Positions 29,377 to 40,023 are shown, counted from the stretch's first letter. The stretch: 64,000 nt of DNA from Acidobacteriota bacterium (GCA_022573225.1 JACZUI010000001.1:112883-176882), one strand, 5' to 3'. Program-made: numbers and translations. The notes: generated from the letters alone by a model not told the origin.

Positions 29377-30072
29377 GTGACCAAGAGACATTTCTCGCCA
29401 AGCTTGTTCAAATTCCTCAACGATCTGGAGCAAAACAACGAGAAGGCGTGGTGGGCTGAAAACAAGGACCGCTACATCGAAGTCATTCGTGAGCCCGCTC
29501 TCGAGTTCATCAACGACTTCGACGCTCACATCAAGAAAATTTCGCCTCACTTCACCGCCGACTCGCGAACCGTGGGCGGCTCCCTGATGCGGCCGTATCG
29601 GGACGTCCGGTTCTCCAAGGACAAGACGCCATACAAGACCAACGTCGGCATCCAGTTTCGCCACGAAGCGGGCAAGGACATCCACGCCCCCGGTTTCTAT
29701 CTCCATCTCGAGCCGAGAGCGTGCTTTGCCGGTGTGGGGCTCTGGCACCCGGAAACCGCGGTGACCAGGAGGATCCGGCAGGCCATGAACGATGATCCCG
29801 CCGGATGGAAGAAGGCGGCCAAGGGCAAGGCGTTCACCAACACCTGGTCGACTACCCAAGATGACGACGAGATGTTGAAAAGAGTGCCCAAGGAGCTCGA
29901 CGCCGATCACCCCTATGCCGACGATCTTCGAATGAAGAGCTTCATCGCCGGGTCGAGGCTCTCTCAGTCGATGGTCACATCCAACGGTTTCGACGTCGAG
30001 CTGGCCAGGATGTTCCAGAAGGCGGACAACTTCACCCGCTTCCTATGTGACGCCATCGGCGTCGCCTTCTAG
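29377..30072 (+). CDS. DUF2461 (TIGR02453) family protein
   Basis: FLNDLEQNNEKAWWAENKDRY...RPYRDVRFSKDKTPYKT. GTG 29377 has AAAGGA upstream. ATG 29350 is an alternative start. Confidence 0.75.
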   Translation: MTKRHFSPSLFKFLNDLEQNNEKAWWAENKDRYIEVIREPALEFINDFDAHIKKISPHFTADSRTVGGSLMRPYRDVRFSKDKTPYKTNVGIQFRHEAGKDIHAPGFYLHLEPRACFAGVGLWHPETAVTRRIRQAMNDDPAGWKKAAKGKAFTNTWSTTQDDDEMLKRVPKELDADHPYADDLRMKSFIAGSRLSQSMVTSNGFDVELARMFQKADNFTRFLCDAIGVAF

Positions 30073-30205
30073 TTGTTCCTCTGTCGCATCGATAACGGTA
30101 GGTGAGACGGCGCAAACATTTGTAAGCTGAGTGCTTAATAGCAGCCATGAATGACGGGCGGGATCGCTTAGGTTGTTGGCGTCCCAGGCACGGAGGGTCA
30201 CTCAG

Positions 30206-30598
30206 ATGACGATTTTCCCTGGTGTCGTCTCGCTAGACGACAGCAATATCAAGGTAACGGTCGGTCTCGACGACAACACCATCACTCTGGTCGCAGGCGA
30301 GGTCGAGATCGGTGAATGGTCCTCATCCGAATGCCAGATCAAGGAGAACGGCAAGGGGAGTTGGGTGATCGAGGCGGAGGAGGAAAGGCTTCCGTTTCTG
30401 CCTGATGATCCGAGCGGATTCGCCCTCTGGCTCAACGGCGGCGTGTCATCGCCTCAAATCCAGCCATCTCCTGCTGGTAACTCCGACCCGGCCATCGAAG
30501 GCCCGCCGCCAAGACCATTCACCGTGACCGCGTTCTACACGCTCGCAGCCCTCACCTCGGCACTGGGCGTCTGGGCCTTGATCACCCTGATCACGTAG
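30206..30598 (+). CDS. hypothetical protein with C-terminal membrane anchor
   Basis: ATG preceded by GGAGGG. The C-terminus is FTVTAFYTLAALTSALGVWALITLI. No family recognised. Confidence 0.5.
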   Translation: MTIFPGVVSLDDSNIKVTVGLDDNTITLVAGEVEIGEWSSSECQIKENGKGSWVIEAEEERLPFLPDDPSGFALWLNGGVSSPQIQPSPAGNSDPAIEGPPPRPFTVTAFYTLAALTSALGVWALITLIT

Positions 30599-31157
30599 AC
30601 AGCTCCATCCAATCGCCAACCCGCTCGACCAGGTACTCGCTGACCTCGTGCGACTTGTCCAGCACCTCACAGAGCTGCTCGCGCCCCATCAGGATCTCCA
30701 CGAGACTCACCGATGACTTACCGGTGAGAGCCAGTCGACGCTCGGGCGCATCGGTGACGGCTGCATAGGTATCGATCGCCGCCACCTCGACTGCAAGGGT
30801 GACCCCACCGATGCCCGCGAGATCGGTCGCGAGTACCAGTAGGTCGGGAGGTGAGTGCAAGGGGGGCACAGCCCAATTGAAGAAAAGCTCGAGGTGGTAC
30901 TCGTCCTCCGGTTCCTCGAACTCGTCAGACATCTGATCCAGTCGTTCCCTGAGGCCAAGGATCACCTTTGGGTCCACGTCGAGGGCCAAATGGAGATCGA
31001 TCGGCCCACCACATCCCGACTCCGGATGTAGGTCGACCTCCCAGGCCTGCCGCAGGGAGTAGGTCTCAACAAAGTGCCGCTCGTCATGAACGTGGAATCC
31101 GTGCTCGACGGCGTGTTCTTTGAGGTCGGTCACGAAGCCGGCGATATCGATTGACAT
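30591..31157 (-). CDS. hypothetical acidic cytoplasmic protein
   Basis: 188-aa ORF with codon usage like its neighbours. No family recognised. Confidence 0.5.
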   Translation of the reverse strand: MSIDIAGFVTDLKEHAVEHGFHVHDERHFVETYSLRQAWEVDLHPESGCGGPIDLHLALDVDPKVILGLRERLDQMSDEFEEPEDEYHLELFFNWAVPPLHSPPDLLVLATDLAGIGGVTLAVEVAAIDTYAAVTDAPERRLALTGKSSVSLVEILMGREQLCEVLDKSHEVSEYLVERVGDWMELST

Positions 31158-31257
31158 ATGTCGATGAGGTTATTGGAAAGGCGAGCTAAACGACAGTGGG
31201 GCGACCGCCATCGAGCGAAGTCGACCCGTGGCCGTGCTGCCCCCATCCTCTTTCGCC

Positions 31258-32160
31258 TCAGCCACCCTCGGTATCGCGACCTCGGCTAGGAGTATGTTGA
31301 GCCTCCAGACCGTCAAGGTGATCCGAGTAGACCTTGGTGACCTCGGCTCCGAACAGGAACACCGATGACAGGAGATAAGCGAGAAACAAAACAACAACAA
31401 TGGAGCTGGCGAACCCGATCGCAGTCGGACTGTCGAACAGCGTGAAATACAGACCGATTCCGTGAGCGGCGACGATGAACGCGATCGCCGTAAAGAGCCC
31501 GCCCCACCAGACCGCCCTCCACTGCACCTTGGCCGCGGTCATGGTCTGAAACATCAGGCCAAACACAAACGGGAGGGTGACAACCGAAATGAGCGGCGCC
31601 AGAAAGGCGATCACCGCATGGAGACCGCTCAGGTTCTCGGGAAAAAGGCCAGCGAAGAATCGCCAGACTGCATTGAGCAGCCACACCACCAGAACGCCAA
31701 CTCCGAGGCCGAACGCCCAAAGAACCCCGATCCCCCTCATCTTGGCAAGGCCAATCAGTCCTGAAACGTGCTCGTATGGGACCTCGAAGATGTCATTCAG
31801 ATCGTTCTGCATCTCCAGGAAGAGGCTCGTCGCGCTCCAGAAGAGCAACACGGCTCCGATCAGCGCAGCCGTGTTGCCCGAACTCAGGGCCGAATCGATG
31901 AACCCATCGATGAACTCAGCCACCTGCTCGCCGGCCACCTCCTCGATCGAGGTGCTGATTTCAGCCTGAGCTTTTTCCGAGCTGCCGACCACGGCGCCCA
32001 GAACCGATACGGCAATGAGCAACAAGGGGGCAAGAGCGAAGACAACGCGGTATGCGATAGCCGCAGCCATCCGGTTGGCGCGGTCCACGCCGAATTTCCA
32101 GGCGGCATCCTTCAGGGACTGGCTGCTTGCGCGGTACCACCCTTTGAGTCTCTCCTTCAT
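31258..32160 (-). CDS. YihY/BrkB family membrane protein
   Basis: ANRMAAAIAYRVVFALAPLLLI, with multiple helices. Confidence 0.8.
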   Translation of the reverse strand: MKERLKGWYRASSQSLKDAAWKFGVDRANRMAAAIAYRVVFALAPLLLIAVSVLGAVVGSSEKAQAEISTSIEEVAGEQVAEFIDGFIDSALSSGNTAALIGAVLLFWSATSLFLEMQNDLNDIFEVPYEHVSGLIGLAKMRGIGVLWAFGLGVGVLVVWLLNAVWRFFAGLFPENLSGLHAVIAFLAPLISVVTLPFVFGLMFQTMTAAKVQWRAVWWGGLFTAIAFIVAAHGIGLYFTLFDSPTAIGFASSIVVVLFLAYLLSSVFLFGAEVTKVYSDHLDGLEAQHTPSRGRDTEGG

Positions 32161-32230
32161 AGGGCGATCAGCGTATCGACACATACACTGCATCGATGTG
32201 AGCCACCCTTTCGACCCACCGATCGAGACG

Positions 32231-33220
32231 ATGGAAGCGAAGACCTCGGAGAAATGGCCCAAGGGAGAGTTTGTCTACGAACCCAAGTGGGACGGTTTCA
32301 GATCGGTTTCGTGGTCGGGGCCCGGTCTCCGACTCGACTCGAGAAACCAGAGACCCTTGCTGCGGTACTTCCCTGAGCTTGTCCCCGCCCTCGAGCGCCT
32401 GCCGGAGGGGACCGTGGTCGACGGCGAGGTGGTCGTCGTGGTCGACGGTCAGACCGATTTCGGCGCCCTTCAACAAAGGATCCATCCCGCGGAGTCCCGG
32501 GTGAACATGTTGTCGGAGGCCACTCCGGCAGAGCTTGTCGCATTCGATCTTCTCGCCGACCGGGGCGAGGATCTCCGTGAGCGTCCATTCCGCGAGCGTC
32601 GAGAACGGCTCGTCTCGCTAGCTTCTGAGCTGGACCTGCCCTGGCATCTGACACCACAGACCAACGATGAGCAGCTTGCACACGCCTGGTTCGACGACTT
32701 CGAATCGGCAGGCTGTGACGGAATCATCGCCAAACGCCCTGATCTTGCCTATCAGCACGGCAAGAGGGCGATGGTCAAGATCAAGCACCGTCGAACAATC
32801 GACTGTGTGGTCGGCGGGTTCAGGGAGCACAAGGTTGGGGGCAAGATCGGATCGCTGCTTCTCGGGTTATATGACGAGTCTGGTCAACTCCACTTCATCG
32901 GTCATTGCTCGGGTTTCCCCGACGTCGATCGGGTTGAGATCTTCAATCGTTTTCAGGAATTGATCGCCGAAGACAGCTTCGGTGCCAACGCGAGAGCGCC
33001 CGGGGGGCCGAGTCGTTGGTCGGCCGGCAAGGACACGTCGTGGACGCCGGTGGTGCCCGGCGTGGTGGTCGAGGTGAGTTACGACCAACTGGAAGGCAAC
33101 CGATTTCGTCACGCCACCCGGTTTCATCGCTGGCGACCGGACAAGGAGGCCGAGAGCTGCACGATGGAACAGTTGGAGCGTCCCGAAGGCCCCGGGTTCG
33201 GCGATGTGGTCGTGAGCTGA
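32231..33220 (+). CDS. ATP-dependent DNA ligase (stand-alone LigC/LigD-ligase type)
   Basis: Adenylation motif I is YEPKWDGFR. Later motifs are DGEVVV, AFDLL, DGIIAKR and MVKIKH. Confidence 0.85.
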   Translation: MEAKTSEKWPKGEFVYEPKWDGFRSVSWSGPGLRLDSRNQRPLLRYFPELVPALERLPEGTVVDGEVVVVVDGQTDFGALQQRIHPAESRVNMLSEATPAELVAFDLLADRGEDLRERPFRERRERLVSLASELDLPWHLTPQTNDEQLAHAWFDDFESAGCDGIIAKRPDLAYQHGKRAMVKIKHRRTIDCVVGGFREHKVGGKIGSLLLGLYDESGQLHFIGHCSGFPDVDRVEIFNRFQELIAEDSFGANARAPGGPSRWSAGKDTSWTPVVPGVVVEVSYDQLEGNRFRHATRFHRWRPDKEAESCTMEQLERPEGPGFGDVVVS

Positions 33221-33328
33221 ACGCTCCGTTTCCTCCCAAGGAAGCGATGGGCCGGAAGGGAAAGTGCCCCGGAGGGACGGAGGGGGCAAGGCCGATAGGC
33301 CGACTCATCTGCCACACTGCCGCCTCGA

Positions 33329-34234
33329 ATGTCTGAAGTGATAGTCCAGATAGGCGCTCTGACCCATGACTACGGCGATGTCGTCGCGCTCCAAGACCTG
33401 AACCTCGAGATCCCCGCGGGCGTGACCGGTTTGGTCGGCGCCAACGGTTCCGGGAAGACGACTCTGCTTCGACTCCTACTCGGCCTCCTCCACCCGACTT
33501 CTGGCGAGATCAAGGTTCTCGGTCATGACCCTCAATCCCATCCCCTCGATGTCAGGGAGCGCATCGGATACATGCCTGAGGGCGAGTGCCTTCCCAAAGA
33601 CCAAACTGCTGCCGACTTCGTCGCCTATTCGGCTCAGCTAGCGGGAATCCCTTCCCGTGAAGCGAAGCGACGTGCGTCGGAGACGCTGTTCCTCGTCGGG
33701 CTCGAGGAAGAGCGTTTTCGGTTCCTCAGTGACTTCTCCACCGGCATGCTCCAGCGGGTGAAGTTGGCCCAGGCCATCGTCCACGATCCCGATCTTCTCC
33801 TTCTCGACGAACCGGCCTCGGGTCTTGATCCCGAAGGACGGGTCCAAATGCTCCAACTGATCCGGCGGCTTGCCGAGTTCAACATCAATGTGATCGTGTC
33901 GTCTCACGTCCTCACCGATATCGAGCAGACCTGCGACTGGGTCGTGATGCTCGATGCCGGTCAACTGCTCCGCTCAGGCCCGCTCCAAGGTTTCGAAAAG
34001 CTGGGAACGGTTTTGGTTGAGGTGCTCGACAAAGCGGAGGAGGTAGCGGAACGACTCATGCTGCGCGGCTTCGAGACGAATGTCGAAGGCATGAGGATCA
34101 TCGTCGGCCCAGGCGATGAGACGATCGAGAGAGCGGTCGTGGAAGAAACCGCCGCCGTTGGCTCCGGACTGACTCGGATGGTCCGTGGCTCGGAATCTCT
34201 GGAGGATCTCTTTCTCGCCAAGGAGGATTCGTGA
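33329..34234 (+). CDS. ABC transporter ATP-binding protein
   Basis: GANGSGKTTLL, FSTGMLQRV and LLLDEPASGLD. Confidence 0.9.
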   Translation: MSEVIVQIGALTHDYGDVVALQDLNLEIPAGVTGLVGANGSGKTTLLRLLLGLLHPTSGEIKVLGHDPQSHPLDVRERIGYMPEGECLPKDQTAADFVAYSAQLAGIPSREAKRRASETLFLVGLEEERFRFLSDFSTGMLQRVKLAQAIVHDPDLLLLDEPASGLDPEGRVQMLQLIRRLAEFNINVIVSSHVLTDIEQTCDWVVMLDAGQLLRSGPLQGFEKLGTVLVEVLDKAEEVAERLMLRGFETNVEGMRIIVGPGDETIERAVVEETAAVGSGLTRMVRGSESLEDLFLAKEDS

Positions 34235-35112
34235 CCGACCAGGTCATATACGACCGTGGCTACCGCACCTACGAAGGCGAGCGGAGCGGTCCCGCTGGAG
34301 CCCGAAAGGCGGTCTACAAGGACGGGATACGCAGGGTGCTCGGTCTGGGACGAAAGGCCCGGCAGAAGATCTTTCCCTGGAGTCTCATCTCGATCGCAGT
34401 CATCGCCGCCGCCGTCTTCATCGGCATCCATTGGGCTATCGGCAATATCGAGGAGAGCCTGCGCGAAGGGGTGCCCACGTACGGCGGGCTTTTTGACTTC
34501 TATTCAGGGATTTCCCTGCTCTTCATCGCTCTCGCCGGCCCTCAATTGCTGATTCCCGACCGGACCAAGGGCGTCTTGTCGGTCTATTTCTCTCGCCCAC
34601 TCACCGTCGACGGATATCTCAGCTCAAAGGTCGGTGCGTTCGCCACAATTGTTGGCGCCATCTACATAGTTCCCCAGGTTGTTCTTCATCTAGGGCTAGC
34701 CCTCATCGCCGATGACGGGTTCCTCCCATACCTGGGAGACACTCTCGACATCCTGTGGAAGGTGCCGGTGACCACACTCGCCTTCGTCGCCCTTCATGGA
34801 GCCGTCGTCTTCACTCTTTCCGCGGTGATCGATCGCACCGGACTCGCAGCCGCTGCCTTCCTCGGCCTGCTGGTGGCCGGGGGCGGAATCGCAGCCAGGG
34901 TTGCCGAGGCCGGCTTCTCGGGAGCCAGGTTCGCCTCGCTGTTGGCTCTCGACCAACACCCGCGAATCATCAGAGATCACTTGTTCGAAAACACCGTCGA
35001 ATACCCAGCCGAGATCGCCGGCTTCGAGGTCTGGGCATCGGTAGTCGTGATTGTTTCTCTGGTGGCGATTGGCGGACTGTTCGTCCGGCAGCGGTATCGG
35101 AGGCTGGCGTGA
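34231..35112 (+). CDS. ABC transporter permease-like membrane protein
   Basis: 293 aa with six hydrophobic segments. GTGA overlap with the upstream ATPase. Confidence 0.65.
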   Translation: MTDQVIYDRGYRTYEGERSGPAGARKAVYKDGIRRVLGLGRKARQKIFPWSLISIAVIAAAVFIGIHWAIGNIEESLREGVPTYGGLFDFYSGISLLFIALAGPQLLIPDRTKGVLSVYFSRPLTVDGYLSSKVGAFATIVGAIYIVPQVVLHLGLALIADDGFLPYLGDTLDILWKVPVTTLAFVALHGAVVFTLSAVIDRTGLAAAAFLGLLVAGGGIAARVAEAGFSGARFASLLALDQHPRIIRDHLFENTVEYPAEIAGFEVWASVVVIVSLVAIGGLFVRQRYRRLA

Positions 35113-36026
35113 CCGACACCATCGTCGTCACCGAGCTTTCCAAGTGGTTTGGCCTCAAGGTGGCAGTCAGCGAGGTCACCATCGGTTTCCGGCCGGGTGT
35201 CACCGGTCTCCTCGGCCCCAACGGTGCCGGCAAGACGACCCTGCTGCGGGTGATCGCCGGTCTACAGCGGCCATCGCAGGGGGAGATCAGCCTTCTTGGA
35301 GTCGACCCTCGCAAGGATCCATCGGTCTACCGGAGGGTCTCGCTGGTGCCCGAAGATGAGGCCATCTATGAGCGGATGACGGCACGAAAGTTTGTCGAGC
35401 TGGCGGCGAGGTTGGCCAAGGTCGACGATGTGGCCGATCGCGTTCAGCGGGCCCTGGTGATGGTGGACCTGGTTGACCCGTCCGACCGGATTCTTGGTGG
35501 GTTCTCCAAAGGGATGAGACAACGAGCGAAGGTAGCTGCGGCGCTGGTCACCGATCCAGAAGTACTTCTTCTCGACGAGCCGCTCAACGGCGCCGATCCG
35601 GTACAGCGGGCACAGTTGATCAAACTGTTCATGGAACTCGGAGCGGCAGGGCGAACCGTGATCGTCTCGTCCCATGTCCTGGTCGAGGTCGAGCGGATGA
35701 CCGATCGGGTGGTGGCTATGGTCGATGGCCGTCTCGCTGCGGTTGGCGACGTCAAAACCATACGATCTGCGATGACCGACAAGCCACGTCTTGTCTATAT
35801 CGAGACTCCTGAGGCCCGACGCCTCGCCGCCGCCCTGATCGGAGCCGATGGGGTAATCGGCGTTCATCTCGACGGTGAGCAGGTTCGAGTCGAGGCTTCC
35901 GATGCGGGGGAGCTCGCAATGAGGCTGCCCGAAGTTGCAGTAGAGGCGGGCATCACGCTCAGTCGTGTGGAGCCCGTCGACGAATCACTCGAATCCGTGT
36001 TTCGCTATCTGGTGGAGGGCCGATGA
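35109..36026 (+). CDS. ABC transporter ATP-binding protein (second)
   Basis: GPNGAGKTTLL, FSKGMRQRA and LLLDEPLNGAD. GTGA overlap. Confidence 0.9.
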   Translation: MTDTIVVTELSKWFGLKVAVSEVTIGFRPGVTGLLGPNGAGKTTLLRVIAGLQRPSQGEISLLGVDPRKDPSVYRRVSLVPEDEAIYERMTARKFVELAARLAKVDDVADRVQRALVMVDLVDPSDRILGGFSKGMRQRAKVAAALVTDPEVLLLDEPLNGADPVQRAQLIKLFMELGAAGRTVIVSSHVLVEVERMTDRVVAMVDGRLAAVGDVKTIRSAMTDKPRLVYIETPEARRLAAALIGADGVIGVHLDGEQVRVEASDAGELAMRLPEVAVEAGITLSRVEPVDESLESVFRYLVEGR

Positions 36027-36754
36027 CGGTCTTGGTCCGTCACCTCTATCTGAGAATGATGCGCAGGAGCCGGGTGATCTGGCTGACCGCGCTGGCCTCG
36101 GTGTCAGGGCTGGTGTTCTGGCTGGTGGGCTTCGATTCCGAGGCCGCCGAGCTGCCGGAGCTCTACACCGACATCGTTGCCTCAGTCGGGTACAGCTTCG
36201 CCATTGCCGCCCTCATCCTGGCCTCAGCCACGCTGCGAGAGGAGAGGGATGGCGGGACGCTGCCCTACATCTACATGAGACCGATGCCCCGCATCGTCCT
36301 CGCAGTCTCAGCCATGGTCGCCGGAGCTGCTGCCGCCATAACCGTGGCGATTGGTGGCTGGCTGGCGACGGTTGTCGCAACGCTCGCAGTGGGTGCTGAC
36401 CTGTCTGTCGCCCTACCGGGGCTGGCCCTGTTCCTTTCAGCGGCAATCGGTTACGCCGCGATCTTCGTACCGCTTGGCTACCTGGTACCTCGCTCACTGC
36501 TGGTCGGCCTGGGCTACATCATCGTGATCGAGACGATCCTCGCCAACGCCGTCACCGGGTTGGCGCAGTTCTCGATCTGGCGCATCTCGATGTCGATCTA
36601 CGCCGCCATCGAGGACAACTTTGGTGAGATCGCCACAGAAGTCCTTGGGCCTGTCACGGCCGGCGTTGGCGGCGGCGTAGCCAAGCTCGCGGCCGCGTTG
36701 GCTGTCGGTCTTGCCGCCCTCACCTGGGCCCTCAAGAAACGCGACGCCCTCTAG
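36023..36754 (+). CDS. ABC transporter permease-like membrane protein (second)
   Basis: 243-aa polytopic protein. ATGA overlap. Confidence 0.65.
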   Translation: MTVLVRHLYLRMMRRSRVIWLTALASVSGLVFWLVGFDSEAAELPELYTDIVASVGYSFAIAALILASATLREERDGGTLPYIYMRPMPRIVLAVSAMVAGAAAAITVAIGGWLATVVATLAVGADLSVALPGLALFLSAAIGYAAIFVPLGYLVPRSLLVGLGYIIVIETILANAVTGLAQFSIWRISMSIYAAIEDNFGEIATEVLGPVTAGVGGGVAKLAAALAVGLAALTWALKKRDAL

Positions 36755-36803
36755 GAGACCATCCCATCGTGATTAGAGGGGCAGGGCCAGGGGGCCGTCG
36801 CCG

Positions 36804-37805
36804 CTAGTACTCGTCGTCGGGGCGTTGCTGCTTTGAAGGCTGAACCCGCGGCGGCTCGCCTGGCATCTTTGGATAGTGGGGTGGCCAGGGTGCGTCGCCA
36901 ATCCCGTTTTCCTCGTCCCGAAGAACCCACTCCAGCAGGGTGTCGATACGACCGGCCGAATCGTCAATTCCAGCCGTCAGGTCACCGACCGCTGCGTACC
37001 GGGTCGCGAAACGATCCAGCGGGAAGTCCTCGATGGCGACGTCGGCGAGGTCACTCCAGTCGAACGGTGCCGACACGTACCCGGTCGGTCGCACCCCGTA
37101 GGCGGACGAAACGGTCTTGTCCCGGGCGTTCTGGTTGTAGTCCACGAATACGCCCGCCCTCTCCTCTTTCCACCACTTGGTAGTGACCAATCCCGGCATC
37201 CGTCGCTCCAATTCACGGGCGAAGGCGAGCACCGCTCTCCTCGTCTGAAAGAAGTCCCATATCGACTCGATACGGACATATACGTGGATTCCCCTGCTCC
37301 CTGATGTCTTCGGCCAACCCACCAACCCCAGCTCGTCGAGCAAATCCTTGGCGCCGGCGACGGCCTTCCGAATCTGGTCAAAGGTGATTCCCTCGGTCGG
37401 GTCAAAGTCGAATCGCAGTTCATCGGGATGGTCGATGTCATCATCGCGGATGGGCCATGGGTGAAAGTCGAGACATCCAAGCTGAGCGAGACGCACAACG
37501 TCGGCTTGTGACCTGGGCACGTTCATCCGGCCCGGCCGCTGCGACGGAAACCTGATCTGAACCGTGTCGAAGGGTGTGTTCTTCGCTGCCCGCTTGTGAT
37601 AGATCGGATCGTCATCAACCGTCTTCATGAATCGCTTCAGCATGGTGGGCCGGCCGCTGATCCCTCTTGCAGCACCCTCGGCGACGATCACGAAATGCTC
37701 TATCACATCGAGCTTGGTCCAACCCTGCTTCGGGAAGACCACCCGCCCCGGACTGGAGACGCGAACCTCTTCGCCGCCGACGCTGACAGTGGTGTGATCG
37801 CCCAT
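36804..37805 (-). CDS. NHEJ DNA polymerase/primase (LigD polymerase-domain, stand-alone)
   Basis: GRPTMLKRF, LDFHPWP, DELRFDFDP, WPKTSGSRGIHVYV and VFVDYNQNARDKT. Confidence 0.85.
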   Translation of the reverse strand: MGDHTTVSVGGEEVRVSSPGRVVFPKQGWTKLDVIEHFVIVAEGAARGISGRPTMLKRFMKTVDDDPIYHKRAAKNTPFDTVQIRFPSQRPGRMNVPRSQADVVRLAQLGCLDFHPWPIRDDDIDHPDELRFDFDPTEGITFDQIRKAVAGAKDLLDELGLVGWPKTSGSRGIHVYVRIESIWDFFQTRRAVLAFARELERRMPGLVTTKWWKEERAGVFVDYNQNARDKTVSSAYGVRPTGYVSAPFDWSDLADVAIEDFPLDRFATRYAAVGDLTAGIDDSAGRIDTLLEWVLRDEENGIGDAPWPPHYPKMPGEPPRVQPSKQQRPDDEY

Positions 37806-37864
37806 TGGGCTCCTAGTGTTGTCCCGGCTGCGTTTGACGGCTACTGCAATATTCAAGCGAAAGG

Positions 37865-39535
37865 ATGAGCGTGGTGAGTCTCGTCGAGACAATCAGAGAT
37901 TCGGTGATCGGCAAAGACACCGCGGTCGAGACCCCCTTCGGGCTCCGACGGGTCACCTACGCCGACTACACCGCCTCGGGCCGCTCGCTGGCGTTCATCG
38001 AGGACTACATCCGAGATCAGGTTCTGCCCCTCTACGCCAACACCCACACCGAGACCTCCGGAACCGGCCTCCAGACCACCCGGTTCAGGGAGGATGCAAG
38101 GGAAATCATCCGGCGCTCGATGGGGGCGAACCCCGAGGAGCACGCTGTGATCTTCGCCGGGAGCGGGATGACGGGAGCCATTGATCGCCTGATCACGATG
38201 CTGGGGATCCGCATCCCGAGACCGCTGGACGAGACGTACGACCTGTCGAGCCAGATCGCTGATGATCAGAGGCCGGTCGTCTTTGTGGGGCCATATGAGC
38301 ACCACTCCAACGAGCTCCCCTGGCGTGAGTCCATAGCCGACGTAATCGAAATCAACGAGGACGCCGATGGTCAGATCGACCTGGAGGATCTGGAGAACTA
38401 CCTCACCAAGTACGCGGATCGCACCATGAAGATCGGCTCGTTCTCTGCGGCCTCCAACGTCACCGGGATCATCACGGACACGGCATCGATATCGAGGCTG
38501 CTCCACGCCCACGGTGCCCTGTCTTTCTGGGACTTCGCCGCCTCGGCACCCTATGTGGAAATAGACATGGGAAGTGCCGCCGGCGGCGACGGTGACTACA
38601 AGGACGCCGTGGTCCTCTCGCCCCACAAGCTGATCGGCGGACCCGGAACTCCGGGGGTCTTGGTCGCACGCAAGGATCTGTTCACCTCCACCGTTCCGGC
38701 CGTGCCGGGCGGGGGGACGGTCCAATACGTGTCCTCCAGCCGTCACACCTACCTCGCAGATATCGAGCATCGCGAGGAAGGCGGAACGCCCGCGATCGTT
38801 GAATCGATCAGGGCCGGCCTTGTCTTCCATCTGAAGGAAACCGTCGGCGTGGCGGTCATCAAAGAGCGGGAGCATGACTTCATCCGGAGGGCGATCTCGT
38901 CCTGGTCGACCAACCCGAACATCGAGATCATGGGGAACCTTGACGCCGAGCGGCTCTCCATCGTCAGTTTTGTGATCCGGTACGCCCAACAGACATTGCA
39001 CTACAACTTCGTTGTCGCCCTCCTCAACGACCTGTTCGGCATTCAGGCCCGAGGCGGTTGCTCCTGCGCCGGGCCCTACGGACACCGTCTGCTGGGCATC
39101 GACGACGCTCAAACCGAGCGCATAGAGGCCGCAGTCGCCAACGGCTGTGAGGTCATCAAGCCGGGTTGGATCAGGGTCAACTTCAACTACTTCATCGAGG
39201 AGGAAGCCTTCCAATTCATCGTGGACGCAGTGCATCTCGTTGCCGACCAGGGGTGGCGTCTGCTCCCGCTCTACACGTACGACGCGCGCAGCGCGTTGTG
39301 GCGACACCGTGATGGCTTGCCCAAACCGGCCTCGTCCTTGAACGACGTCGACTTCAGGGCCATCGCCACAACACCGGCCCCGGCGACGGCACCGATGGAA
39401 GATTTAGAGGTATATCTCGACGAGGCGCGTCGGATCCTTGGCAGAGACCCTGAGACCGGAGGTCAGTTCGCAGACCTGGGTCCTGGGGCCGAGGAATTAC
39501 GTTGGTTTCCAAATCCAGCAGAGGTAAGCGCATGA
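37865..39535 (+). CDS. class V aminotransferase-fold PLP enzyme (cysteine desulfurase-like), 556 aa
   Basis: YEHHSNELPWRES, SFSAASNVTG and SPHKLIGGPGTPGVL (PLP lysine context). Confidence 0.75.
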   Translation: MSVVSLVETIRDSVIGKDTAVETPFGLRRVTYADYTASGRSLAFIEDYIRDQVLPLYANTHTETSGTGLQTTRFREDAREIIRRSMGANPEEHAVIFAGSGMTGAIDRLITMLGIRIPRPLDETYDLSSQIADDQRPVVFVGPYEHHSNELPWRESIADVIEINEDADGQIDLEDLENYLTKYADRTMKIGSFSAASNVTGIITDTASISRLLHAHGALSFWDFAASAPYVEIDMGSAAGGDGDYKDAVVLSPHKLIGGPGTPGVLVARKDLFTSTVPAVPGGGTVQYVSSSRHTYLADIEHREEGGTPAIVESIRAGLVFHLKETVGVAVIKEREHDFIRRAISSWSTNPNIEIMGNLDAERLSIVSFVIRYAQQTLHYNFVVALLNDLFGIQARGGCSCAGPYGHRLLGIDDAQTERIEAAVANGCEVIKPGWIRVNFNYFIEEEAFQFIVDAVHLVADQGWRLLPLYTYDARSALWRHRDGLPKPASSLNDVDFRAIATTPAPATAPMEDLEVYLDEARRILGRDPETGGQFADLGPGAEELRWFPNPAEVSA

Positions 39536-40011
39536 TCGAGCCCATCGAGAACCCGGCCGCGGATCAGATCGCGGTATGGCATCGCACTTTTGCCCCCCGG
39601 GCCTACAACCACACCTGGACCTTCCTCGACAAGGACGGGCTGAGCAGAGAGGAGGAGGTGCAGATGCTCACCTCTACCTTCGCACAACGTTTCCATTGGT
39701 ACGAGGTGGGTGAGCCCCGCAACTGGGCCATCGCCGACTGGCAGGTATCACGGGTAGCCGCCGTCCTCGGCTACGCCGACCTGGCTCGCAGATTTGGAGA
39801 GCATTCGCTCCAGGTCTGCCATGAGAATGACCTCGATCCGTTTGTCACCGGATTCGCTCATGAGGCCATCGCCCGGGCAGCCGCCGACGTCGACGACGTC
39901 ACGACATTCTCATCGCACCTGGAGTTGGCCAAGGGGCTCTTGAGCCAGATCGAGGATCCTGAGGAGAGGGACGTCCTCTCGGCCGACCTGACCGAGATGA
40001 GCGAGGCGTAG
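39532..40011 (+). CDS. conserved hypothetical protein
   Basis: ATGA overlap with the upstream gene. 159-aa helical protein. No family recognised. Confidence 0.55.
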   Translation: MIEPIENPAADQIAVWHRTFAPRAYNHTWTFLDKDGLSREEEVQMLTSTFAQRFHWYEVGEPRNWAIADWQVSRVAAVLGYADLARRFGEHSLQVCHENDLDPFVTGFAHEAIARAAADVDDVTTFSSHLELAKGLLSQIEDPEERDVLSADLTEMSEA

Positions 40012-40023
40012 TGGTCTGTCGAG

